DNA from: a virus
Taxonomy: Duplodnaviria; Caudoviricetes
IMG/VR virus record: IMGVR_UViG_3300030330_005139
Direction: 5' to 3' (one strand)
DNA: 64,000 bases
Below, piece by piece: positions 48,901-56,100 of the stretch. The position numbers were made by a program, and so were the translations under genes. Under the pieces are notes generated by a model. It ran no database searches. It saw only the letters and a program-made list of their open reading frames with translations, and was not told the origin of the DNA. Position 1 is the stretch's first letter. Each line of letters opens with the position of its first letter.

Positions 48901-49106
48901 ATGATGGAGTTGTTCTTGCTGGAGTAATCTTCACGAATCCAGATCTTGGAGAGTTCAGTTGGGGTAAGATTGATCTTGGTCCAAGATTTACTCCTCAGGT
49001 TTACACATATTTTGGTGATGATGGAGCTGCTGGTTTGAGCACCTGTCCTTTAATTACCAGACAGAACCGTCTCGCCTTTAAAGAGTATCAAGATTACAGT
49101 GGATAA
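36909..49106 (+). CDS. gp7: giant baseplate wedge initiator-like protein with YHYH-like domain
   Basis: 4065 aa directly after gp6; FLEQYY, FY..KGT..SF..LFR.LYG; HSPIIGWAYDGNPIYGPYG. Confidence 0.75.
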   Translation: MSADRVKFQSRVSSQLPTYVREDFPLLVEFLEQYYVSQEYEGATLDLVQNLDKYVKVDALFELETTTVLAKDLNFTTRTITAAPSGNFTYGFPERDGLIMIDEEIIYYEYKTEDTFENCSRGFSAVTSYDEGPVRDKLSFTETTAKTHKKGATIKNLNVLFLQQFFKKLKTQIAPGFDDRTLYSELDQRNFLYGVESFYQTKGTEQSFEILFRALYGLDVEVIDPSQYLLRPSNADYKITKDFVVEAIDGDPMDLRNFTLNQEISGARGSVSNVVPIDSQEYPGKYFQISVDSGFQRDISVQGTIFGEFQVEPKTIVLRETPAGSTCLDVDSTVGFPSEGELFIVDIDGSSLHLTYTGKTINQFTGVGGLNSVIADQSEIRLKSVSYAFTGPNNTKKVTVRICSALKRYKGNDNTRFMRKGEKLEIQSIGLESKTIRNQNWFSSAKVFWNIKKVEVIDETERTYRFDTYDPHFLKNEFNVIIENVKGSVDTNGVVVRVFGSNSFAVKVSQPINTDENWIVTNIPLKGDSTNYPQINDYFTNVLNTYTQFEGDVLVASNSLPTYPNTSLNPDNRQITFGSQDVNNTIITIEDHGFFTGDGVFYSPGTITLTSTTPDGFIEETQIESKFRGVDTGVYYIYKINENQFSLSRSRSDIYAGVFVQLTTDVLVENNTLTYYPFVGKGLDAQPIIKQFTDPVTPERPEDTLTLPGKIGMFVNGVEIQNYKGRDKVFTGPITQITPLAGGSGYDVTTPPILNIQDPKGVGVGATGTISVKGSVEEIQIIDTGFDYIDVPTVNLTGGNGSGAVLSAQLAKIVHKVNFNSNDNQVVSAANNTIGFTTFHKFRDYERVVYKTNDGVAIVGLSTNASYYVGVEDAHTVKLYNNQDDAVSGINTVGLGNTLGIGLHTLQAAEKKAVLSKIAVANGGSNYTNNKREIPDFDAVRGVGISSALNFVVIPNHQFNNKDVIQYTPGTIPVEGLESNKDYFVSKIDDKTFQLVEVGIGSTARDEFWNKNIYVEIDSGGNGSFNHKPIVVTIEGTTGVSTLTGQDFNAVVQPIVRGEIFSVDRVLGGVGYGASTVYNLERQPELIIEQGENAEVSVVINNGTIVEVNVTRAGQKYGAPPRLVFEDEGEGEAAQLTPIITNTGILEKVIVVNGGVGYSKETKIRVENPGINANLYANIQNWDVNLFNKFFDSIGPDDGLLATNISEESLQYVSIVAPRKLRQLLNPIESSVNGVGSKKIFSKVDLEVFSGAELTNSDHSPIIGWAYDGNPIYGPYGFSNRDGSGQIRQMKSGYTTLQNPDNRPPYSVFPSGHFSGDYLFEDSGDLDIHNGRFCVTPDFPGGVYAYFATYGETIDTDGPYAGFRRPAFPYLIGNTYNSLPNPENFKSNTTQSEYDFKGEWFRNTSNYHIGDDHSGYNYVIDSSKEKAQFAQVESVSIGQVSRIGIFTGGDDYKIGDKVVFDYSKTTGSNASASVSFIEGKEMNGISVATSEYSDVQIVPHQSADEFIGLTTTPHSIKTNDFVIISGLSTDYTGLGGGYRVGIVTNSLILRTGVATTDENVSYFDVSGTFSKILPNNFYKIDDESVKVLNIDRIGSRIRVLRAQNGTTGAAHTLGTILHEQSREFRFSAGIQTSKNVKLDTELYFDPAESVGLGTTSGTGVGNTITFANPGVGKTQIFIKPKQIYFRNHGLLLNDEISYETNGGTSLQVWNGLVGSPYQSLTDFSELYVYRFDDNFIGISSNKIGIGSTGAVVGVNTTTSLLSFTNVGTGDTHSFTTNFTNNLRVKVDSNVVTVSTAVTHSLQVSDRIDIEVKPKTVIDVDVIYNEYNRRIVFDPRTFSSGDVDVNKNSINFSSRYFETGDRVIYTETSPIGGLVDQEMYYVLIYERNKIRLVNELYQIKTEECVNITSTGSGTLSRINPSVVLNKNNTVRFNLSDESLAFNFVGENYSAFEMEIFKDSNYQKEFVKTEGSEVFNVTKTGQIGISADAKLEVDCVDDIPDSLFYNFIPVNAQIAPVNKLSAVIDRTVAGHNQIEIVKSPYSTNAAISGIGSTSFTYSIVSKPTEPGYNEESAEFSYITNSRNESGPIASFFVENGGTNFNSLPGITSVTSVSGSGALVTPESNNIGIIQNTQFTDIGYDYPSDETMRLVSNVPERLTLSASAKLDFVGISSQGRNYTRPAKLVFIDGETKEVLSDVDSTYKLGGKEVKIITQPDFMSRATPRVVPTENSNGVGILSASFDSSTRRARAFLDRTFSVTPTNYPIEVGDSVIVEGISIGSVGVGTTGKGYNSADHGYKFFEVTDIDFQLGGANAYIEYDLSKVIKAGQVAGNCLVDQTYGNISNEKDLATFSVRLRNAQFAIGEQVVSETTGLTGVVRDWIDISETLTVLSKDDFKVGEVIRGVASRAVGTIEQTTDDQAEIITGAGTTVIHGWQSISGVLNNDFQKLPNNEYYQNFSYSLKSQVPYGTWNDPVSAMTHTAGFQKFGDLQIESKEAGFTAVVQPAASRADLVIDLESSADLNCYYSWDNVSEDTVEINGTVTSNVINFDNKVLTDYTKSITNRALRIDDFSDTFNSNQRLEQFSVVASYPSSRIYNKVIALVTDQEFQNDTQMAILATLNGKVLSEYAVSSTAVDLGTFDISINLDTTDHEISFFPTFFTINRYDITTLSFSETIDDAAANDISLGNIVRFDSKAVTATGGSSIEVITIPSTYRSAKIHALAVDDETGEAFGTEVNLINDGSEVLSVFINTVEESNNLSAQQTNAYTPGIGTFGAANSSGSTVITFYPSGTNDVNVIANVAQLRSSPGGTGGSQTLKVAKLNASQTSIAPTASPTAVGIASFTTPYEADYLTVQLTDTTNAELELFDLTVLAATDEVPINDIRFGDIRTGGTIGTVGTRRDGEFIVIEFTPVANVAVDVTVYENQLQIDSGNGSPNDIDLNSSIIGGQSGNYTGTQLDPQTEFELKHNDIPIFRKEFIGNDSEIVNVQFNTIEIPNHYFETGELLEYSYAGTGTTQAIGIVTTNVPGIGNTEYVPHQVYAVKVDDKTIRLATSAEKALKYPTPEVLDFTTVGFGVSHSFTSTNQNAKLLVALDNMIQSPISRTGITTTLQESVTFSSELPVVGVQSFFAGDIIQVREELMTVTAVNSVTNNLSVLRAQLGTILASHPADTVVRKMVGNYNIVNNNINFVKAPFGKVPVNVTGGDPEFRDWTGLTTSSTFQGRVFLRTAPINSSDETYDHNYVFDDISSSFNGITTNFTLKSSGNSVSGMSSDNAVIMVDGIIQKPDPISVGGTDYEKSSYTIFENGSNTDIQFFGTSDILDYDPNRAGLPLGGVIVSLGMTQGLGYQPLVSAGGTSVVSGLGTISSISIGNSGSGYRPGIQTFINVGVQTYSDGVPNIEFIGTAAVSGGHIVSIAITNPGTGYTSTNPPEVVIDAPLNYTNIPLIYSDETTTGVGTGAVVDIVVGQGSSIINFVLSRSGYGYRDLEKLTVEIGGTTGIPTDTSVTFNEFQLEVESIKDQSFNGWSVGGLKVYDSITKFFDGKRTSFPLLLEGEYSAIDKDKGVNIDLDHTLIVFIGNVLQEPGVAYNFKGGSFITFTKAPEPGEDSLILFFEGTPGLDTKFTRVPKTVQRGDTLEIPRYRDETISIAGQDPRIVSLVPSTDFVNTTPYTGPGIDPTGGLLRPVNWCKSTVDKVIDGTVAGKDRELFETSLFPTATVIQSVGLGSTQIYVDHLRPMFNAVNEDNATPLEPDYQNSIRFNTQTVVVGAAGTALLAFDGTITDVIINNVGSGYTQAPTITFETPSGIGTEGRAEATSVVSNGVIESITVTNPGVGYTRVPHVLIEPPKVVSEKVDVEAYYGDNGKIVGMALTTLSANEAFFLFDFYIPVDSPLRDEKIVGTSATSISGISTGDFFVLSQTNGALVQQRRMQPRMTDNETIICVTDPYLDGVWQVDSTQHLETNVTGVGTTAVVRVFSRVSLGGTITFDTDQTDFSTTVIKFDNDDGVVLAGVIFTNPDLGEFSWGKIDLGPRFTPQVYTYFGDDGAAGLSTCPLITRQNRLAFKEYQDYSG

Positions 49107-49109
49107 ATA
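49103..49109 (+). promoter_or_regulatory. T4-type late promoter
   Basis: ATAAATA overlapping the gp7 stop codon. Confidence 0.6.
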
Positions 49110-49147
49110 AAGTTTGAGGATCAAACAGTAGTTAGAGACCCGAAGTA

Positions 49148-51526
49148 ATGGCAAAGCAAACAATTAATCTCGGATCATCGTCCAATGACGGAACTGGTGA
49201 TCCGATAAGAAATGGTGGAGACATTATTAATGACAACTTCAACGAACTTTATGACATCGTTGGAGATGGCACGAATGTCTATGCGGGAATCGTAACCAAC
49301 GTTAAACCAGGCAGCACCAACCTTGAGTTCAGTGGTCAGTCTGACAATGTTACTATTGATCTTGCTGATAGGATTGACATTGATCGTGGATTCTTTGATT
49401 ATGTTGGAATTGGAACCACAGAGAAAAATAATGATCTCGCTGTAAGAAGTGGTGGTCACTCGTTTGAGGTGAAGGCTGACAGGGGTGGTGTTGGAGAACA
49501 ATCGATCATCTCTTATAACAGAGCTGGATCAGTTTATGATCCTCTCGTTCTCCAAGCTGACCATTATGATTTCTACAATGGTGATGTAAGTAGCACAAAT
49601 CATCTTGTAAGTATAGAGAATGGTGGAAATGTTGGCCTCGGCACCACCAATCCTGATGCGAAACTTGTTGTCTCCAATGGTGGAAATGAGACTGTAAGAA
49701 TTCTACCTGGACAATCTTCACAGAAAAACAGAATTGACCACAGAGATCTTGAAGATAGTTCTTATGTGATTGCTGAGACACGAGCAAGCACTCACACTTG
49801 GAAGATTAACAATTCAGAGAAAGTTAGGGTTCACTCTAATGGTTATCTGGGCATTGGCACCATCACACCAGATGTTCCACTCTATGTTTTTGGTGATGCA
49901 AGAATCACTGGAGACTTGGATGTGGAGGGAACATTCCCTCAGTTCAATAACGTCTCTGGTTACTTTAACGTCGATCAGGGATTGACAGTTGGTACTGCCA
50001 CCACCATTGGAGGAGATCTCTCAGTTGATGGAGGAACATTCTTCTATAAAGCAAGCCAAGACAGATTGGGACTGGGAACTCAAAATCCAGATCAGAGACT
50101 TCACATTTATGAGGGATCTAACAATGCAGCCATTGTTCACTTAGAGAACCAAGAAGGTGAGGTTTATTGGAGAACTAATGGTGACATTGCTTCTTGGTAT
50201 GGAGCCACCTACTTCCAGTTTATGAATAATGGTGGAACCAATAATTGGCTTAAGATTGAAAGTTCCCAAATTACTGGTCCAGCTGCCAACTGGACTGTAA
50301 GACCTGGATCGGGTAGTCATAATTTGAATCTTCTTCCTGGTGATGGAGGAGGTAATGTTATCATTGGTAATTCTTCTAGTGATCAGATCAGATTCCGTGG
50401 TAACAGTGGATCCGGCACTTATCGTTTCGCCAAGGCTGGACAGACTACCATTGAAGGTGTACTGAGTTTTGAATCTCTGTCTACCGATAAAACTTACACC
50501 TTCCCCAACTCCAATGGAACCATTGCACTTACTTCCAGCACTGTCGCCAATGCAACTAATGCAGTTAATGCAACTAACGCGACAAATGCAACCAACGCCA
50601 CTAATGCAACTAACGCAGACAATGCTGATTTTGCAACAAACGCTGGAAAGTTAGACAACCTTGATTCCTCTGCTTTCCTTCGCAGTAATGCGAATGACAG
50701 TTGTTCTGGTAACATCACCTTCTCGGGTGATATCACCATGAGCAGTAGTTCTGAAATGCTCTTCAAAGATAATGTCAGACTTCGTTTTGGAACTAGTGAA
50801 GACTCTAATATTAGATTTAATGGAACTGATACAATCTTCAATGCATCGAACGGTGAGATCAGGTTCCAGAAGAATGGAACAACCTGCTTCAGGACCAGTG
50901 ATAATAATGACCTGTTTGTTACTGACAGGCTAGATTGTGAAAAGTTAGAAGTGAGGGGAGGTAAGATTAAATCCGATTCTGGTGACAATGAGTTTGAATT
51001 CTATCCAGAAGGAAGATCCGAGGCCGATGGTCCAATCTTCCAAATCTTTAACCGAACTTCACCTGGTAATAGACCTGCCATTGAACAAATCGGTAAAGGA
51101 TATGTCGAATTTGAAGGAGTTTGGGAGAATGCCACATCTGGTGGATCTGATGTTAGAGTTACCAGTTCTGGTAAGCTGAGAAGACAAGTTTCTTCTCGGA
51201 AGTGGAAGACAAACATCACCGACTTGACTGATTTTGATTGTGATCTCTTCCTTGAGAAGGCAAGACCAATTTCTTATAATCCAATTCAAGGTAACCCAGC
51301 ACTTGTGGAACCTGCCGATGAAGAGTTCATTGGATTTATCGCTGAGGAGTTGGCTGAGGTTGATCCCAGACTTGTTATGTTTGACAAAGAAGGTCCGTCT
51401 TCTGTTCATTATGAGAGAGTTGGAGCAGTCTTGACCAACCTTGTAAAGAGACAAAGAGACAGAATTGCCGAGCTGGAAGCACAAAATGCAGCCATCCTCG
51501 CAAGACTTGATGCAGCAGGCATCTAA
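49148..51526 (+). CDS. fibre protein with gp9/gp10-like N-terminus and S74-like chaperone
   Basis: MAKQ.IN.G...NDGTGD.IR..G..IN.NF.ELY; SSRKWKTNI..GFIAEEL..VHY. Confidence 0.8.
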   Translation: MAKQTINLGSSSNDGTGDPIRNGGDIINDNFNELYDIVGDGTNVYAGIVTNVKPGSTNLEFSGQSDNVTIDLADRIDIDRGFFDYVGIGTTEKNNDLAVRSGGHSFEVKADRGGVGEQSIISYNRAGSVYDPLVLQADHYDFYNGDVSSTNHLVSIENGGNVGLGTTNPDAKLVVSNGGNETVRILPGQSSQKNRIDHRDLEDSSYVIAETRASTHTWKINNSEKVRVHSNGYLGIGTITPDVPLYVFGDARITGDLDVEGTFPQFNNVSGYFNVDQGLTVGTATTIGGDLSVDGGTFFYKASQDRLGLGTQNPDQRLHIYEGSNNAAIVHLENQEGEVYWRTNGDIASWYGATYFQFMNNGGTNNWLKIESSQITGPAANWTVRPGSGSHNLNLLPGDGGGNVIIGNSSSDQIRFRGNSGSGTYRFAKAGQTTIEGVLSFESLSTDKTYTFPNSNGTIALTSSTVANATNAVNATNATNATNATNATNADNADFATNAGKLDNLDSSAFLRSNANDSCSGNITFSGDITMSSSSEMLFKDNVRLRFGTSEDSNIRFNGTDTIFNASNGEIRFQKNGTTCFRTSDNNDLFVTDRLDCEKLEVRGGKIKSDSGDNEFEFYPEGRSEADGPIFQIFNRTSPGNRPAIEQIGKGYVEFEGVWENATSGGSDVRVTSSGKLRRQVSSRKWKTNITDLTDFDCDLFLEKARPISYNPIQGNPALVEPADEEFIGFIAEELAEVDPRLVMFDKEGPSSVHYERVGAVLTNLVKRQRDRIAELEAQNAAILARLDAAGI
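50549..50644 (+). repeat. 9-bp (NAT tripeptide) coding tandem repeat
   Basis: NATNAVNATNATNATNATNATNADNADFATNA. Confidence 0.85.
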
Positions 51527-51533
51527 AACCCCA

Positions 51534-51540
51534 CTAAATA
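51534..51540 (+). promoter_or_regulatory. T4-type late promoter
   Basis: CTAAATA upstream of gp8. Confidence 0.75.
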
Positions 51541-51559
51541 AGTAAAAATCCACTAACAA

Positions 51560-53116
51560 ATGGCAGCTATAATTACTGACCAACTAAGAATTTTGAACGC
51601 CAAGAACTTTGTTTCTGGAGTTCAGACTACAAGCAATTCTTATTACGCTTGGATTGGTCTCCCTAACGCTACTGAGATCTCTTCGGATTGGCCGGACCAA
51701 CCACCCACACCGAAGGATAACCTCGACGAATCTAACGATTATTGGGACACAATGATCGCGATGAAGAAGATCGCTGATGCCGACATTTCACAGGTTGTCA
51801 AGAAAGTCACTTGGACTTCTGGTGTCACTTATGACATGTGGAGGAACGACATCGATCGTGACAATCCCTCACAACCTTCTGGTTCGTTTGACATCTATGA
51901 TGCAAACTACTATGTGTTGAACAGTGATTTTAGGGTTTACATCTGTCTCGACAATAACGCTTCTCCAGAGAACAACTTTCAAGGTGGTCCTTCACTGGAT
52001 GAACCAACTTTCACTGACTTGGAGCCAAGAGCTGCTGGTTCCAGTGGTGATGGTTACATTTGGAAGTATCTTTACACAATCAAACCATCTCAAGCTGTTA
52101 GGTTTGATACAACTGATTATATTCCTGTTCCAGATGAGTGGCAAACTAATTCAACTGATGCTGCCGTTAGAGATAACGCAAGCACAAGTGGTCAGTTGAA
52201 GATTATCAAGATCAGAAACAGAGGAGTTGGTCTTGGAACTGCTAATTTGACTTATGTTGGAGTTCCCATCAAGGGTGATGGTACTGGTGCTAAAGCCACT
52301 GTTGTTATCAATAACGACTCTGAGGTTGAGACGGTTACTGTTTCTCATGGTGGTAGTGGATACACTTACGGAACTCTTGACCTTGCTGAAGTTGGAATTC
52401 CCGCTGGTTCAACCGCAGCTGCATTTGATGTCATCATCCCTCCCAATGGTGGACATGGAGCTGACATTTACAGAGAACTTGGAGCTCTTCAGGTTCTGTT
52501 CTATGCTAGATTTGAGAACGATACTGAAAACCCAGATTTCATCACAGGAAACGAGTTTGCAAGAATTGGAATTTGTGAAAATCCAATCGAACAAGGAACT
52601 TCAACTCTCCTCACCAAAGATAAGGCAAGTGCGGTTTATGCACTGAAACTTGTCGGAACTGGATACAGTGAAGCCGTTTTTACAGCAGACTCTTTCATTA
52701 CACAAACAGTTGGTGTTGCTTCAACTGCGGTTGGTAGAGTTATTTCTTATGATGGTTCAACTGGAGTTCTGAAGTATTGGCAGAACAGAACCAATGCTGG
52801 TTTCAACACAGACGGATCTGATAACACCAGTCCTCAGTATGGGTTTGAAGAGTTCAGATTCACTTCTTCCGTTGCAACTGGAGGGTCACTTACAATTAAT
52901 GGTGGATCGGTTGCCCTCGACATTCAAGATGATTTTCAGGGTATCACAACAGTCCTAAATAACAGAACATACTACCTTGGACAGAACTTCATAAATGGAG
53001 TTTCACTCCCAGAAGTGAAGAAGTATTCGGGAAATATTGTCTATGTTGACAATAGACCACCAATTACGAGATCTTCATCTCAAAAGGAAGACATAAAGAT
53101 CATCTTGCAATTCTAA
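51560..53116 (+). CDS. gp8: baseplate wedge subunit
   Basis: MAAIITDQ.RI.NA; VYICL.N; DGYIWKYLYTI; Y.DNR.PITR...QKEDIKIILQF. Confidence 0.9.
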   Translation: MAAIITDQLRILNAKNFVSGVQTTSNSYYAWIGLPNATEISSDWPDQPPTPKDNLDESNDYWDTMIAMKKIADADISQVVKKVTWTSGVTYDMWRNDIDRDNPSQPSGSFDIYDANYYVLNSDFRVYICLDNNASPENNFQGGPSLDEPTFTDLEPRAAGSSGDGYIWKYLYTIKPSQAVRFDTTDYIPVPDEWQTNSTDAAVRDNASTSGQLKIIKIRNRGVGLGTANLTYVGVPIKGDGTGAKATVVINNDSEVETVTVSHGGSGYTYGTLDLAEVGIPAGSTAAAFDVIIPPNGGHGADIYRELGALQVLFYARFENDTENPDFITGNEFARIGICENPIEQGTSTLLTKDKASAVYALKLVGTGYSEAVFTADSFITQTVGVASTAVGRVISYDGSTGVLKYWQNRTNAGFNTDGSDNTSPQYGFEEFRFTSSVATGGSLTINGGSVALDIQDDFQGITTVLNNRTYYLGQNFINGVSLPEVKKYSGNIVYVDNRPPITRSSSQKEDIKIILQF

Positions 53117-53125
53117 TAAGAAATC

Positions 53126-56100
53126 ATGCCACAGGAAACTAATCTCAATGTTGCTCCTTACTTTGACGATTTTGATCCTCAAAGTAACTATCACAAGGTT
53201 CTTTTCAAACCAGCTTATCCTGTTCAGGCAAGAGAGCTTACGGGGTTGCAATCGATCCTGCAGAATCAGATCGAACAGTTCGGTAATCATATCTTCAAAG
53301 AGGGTGCAAAGGTCATTCCTGGAAACCTGAGTTATCTTAATAACTTTAAGGGAATTCAGATTGAGACCAGTTACCTTGGAATTCCTGTTACTTTATATCT
53401 TGATAAACTCATTGGCAAGAAGATTACTGGTGCAACCAGTGGTGTTACCGCAGAAGTCATCACTTATATTACTAATGAGCAATCTGAACTTGGTAACTGC
53501 ACGATCTATGTCAATTATATTGCATCGAGCAACACTGATGCCGAGGTTTCGACTTTCCTGGACAATGAAGTTCTGTTGACAGACGAGGCAATCACATATG
53601 CCACTACATTCATTCCTTCTGGTGATGGTTTTGCTCGTTCGATTGTTCAACAATCCAACATTTCGGGAGCAGCGATGGCAATCTCTCCTGGTGTTTATTT
53701 CCTGAGAGGTTACTTCGTCAATGTTGAAGAGCAGTTGATCATTCTCAGTCAGAACTCCAGAACTCCTAGTTTTCAGATTGGATTCAATGTTCTTGAGGAG
53801 ATTATCAGTGCAGATGTTGATCCTTCCCTTGGAGACAACTCTAAGGGATTCAATAACTACACAGCACCTGGTGCAGACAGACTGAAAATTACTCCAATTC
53901 TGATCAAGAAGAAGAAAGACGAAACAATCTCCAACTTTGTTCAACTTGCTGAAGTTCAGGATGGAATTCTGAAAACAGTAAATGATGACACACAATATAA
54001 CATTCTTGGCGATGAGATGGCCAAGAGAACCTTTGAGGAGTCTGGTCATTATTATGTGAAGGAATTCATCACTTCTGTGAAGGATAGTATCAACGATCAA
54101 ATTGGAAACAGAGGTGTTTATCTTCCTGGACAAGTCACAGCAAGTGGACAGAATCCCTCAGATGATCTTGGTGTCTATAAGATTTCTCCTGGAACTGCTT
54201 ATGTTTCTGGATACAGAGTTCAGATTCTTGGAACCACTCTTGTTGACTTCAATAAACCAAGAACCACAAAGAATTTAGAAAACCAATCAATCAGTTTTGG
54301 TTTCGGGCCCTCGTTCAATGTTAACAATGTAACAGGAAATCCAAAGTTTGGTATTGACACAACTTATGAGCTTTCTCTTAGAAACAGAAGAAAAGGTTCT
54401 AATCCTCTTGCTAATCCTGGAACTGAAATTGGAAGAGCAAGAATTTATGACTTCGATCTTGAGGGTGGTTCTTACGATGCTACGAACCCTTCTGCCAATA
54501 AGTGGGACCTGTCTCTTTGGGATCTTGAGGTTTACACTTTCTTGACAGTAAACCAAGCTGTAACACTCAATGTTCCCACTTTTGTTGAGGGTCAATCCAG
54601 TGGAGCGACTGGTTTCCTGAGAGCGAGTGTCAGCAGTGGAACTTCATTGAAGATTACTGATGTAAAGGGTGAATTCCACATTGGTGAACAGATCAAGTTC
54701 GATGGAGTTGATGAGAACGCCAGATCTATTGTTGATGTTGTCAACTATGAACTCTCTGACATTAAGTCAGTGAGGGGCAAAAGTGGAATCTCCACCTTTA
54801 CTGCTGATGTCATTCAGGAAAACAAACAGTTTATTGGAATTGCTTCAGTCTCTTCTGCTGGTAAAGTTACTGTTCCTGGTCTCACTTGGCCTGGAATTTC
54901 AACATCAAATAACTTAGTTTCATACACAGATCCAGCTAGAGATCTTCCTGTTATCAATAGAGTCAGTAATGTAAGTACCAGCCAGCTCAGCCTAGCCGCG
55001 GTACAGGATGTTGCTGGTGTGTGTGATGGAAGTCTTCCTTCAGGCAACATTGAAGTAACTGACTTCAGAATCATTGAATCCAAACTCGCCAACGTCGGTT
55101 CAAGTGGAAACCAAAGTCCCAACAACACACTCTTCAGTGTGTTTCCTAAGAGGAATATTGAATCGACTGACCTTATTGATGCAAATCTAATCGTCAGACG
55201 AGATTTTGATGTTACAGTCACTAATGGTCAGACAAACACAGTTTCCGCTGGTATCAATGAAACATTCCTTCCTTTTGATGAGGAGAGGTACTCCATCGTC
55301 ATGCAGAATGGTGCAGTTCAAGTTCTCTCGGCGGACAAGATTACCATCTCTGCTGATGGTTCATCTCTGACATTTAAGAACCTGAGTGGAAGTGGTTCTG
55401 GTCAATTGGTTGCAACACTGAGGAAGATTAAGGTCACAGCCAAAGAGAAAGTCAAGCTCCCCGTTCAGAGTCTCATTATTGATAAGTCTAATGTCGAAGG
55501 TTCTGGAACTGGTGATGGAACTTTCAATGATGGACTTACTTATGGTAACTACGCCTTTGGAACAAGGGTTCAGGATAAGATCATCTGTCTGAACAAACCA
55601 GATGTCATCAAAGTTCATGCCATCTATGAAGCAAATGGGACTGATGACCCGGAAGCTCCTGTTGTTGTCCTTGGTGGAATTGATGGGGAATCTGGAACAA
55701 CAGGTGATTTGATTGTTGGTGAGCAGTTTATTGGTGAAGAGAGTGGAGCTGTTTGTACACTTCTCGTCAATAAGAATGACATTAGTTCCAACTTCTGTTA
55801 TCTGAACACCTCGACTCTTGTTGAGGGTGAGACTGTAAAGTTCCAAAGTTCAAATGTCACGGCAACGGTTTCATCTACCACAGAGTCTGACCAGAGAATC
55901 TCCGGTGACTTTAAACTCGATCAAGGTCAGAGAGCCACTTTCTATGATTACGCTAGAATCATCAGAAAGCCTGATGTTGATGCACCCAATAAGAAGATTA
56001 TTGTTTACTTCATGGCTGCAGAGTATGACTCTGAGGACACTGGAGATATCACACTAACCGACTCCTATAAGAACTTTGATTATGGGAGGGAGATTCCCTC

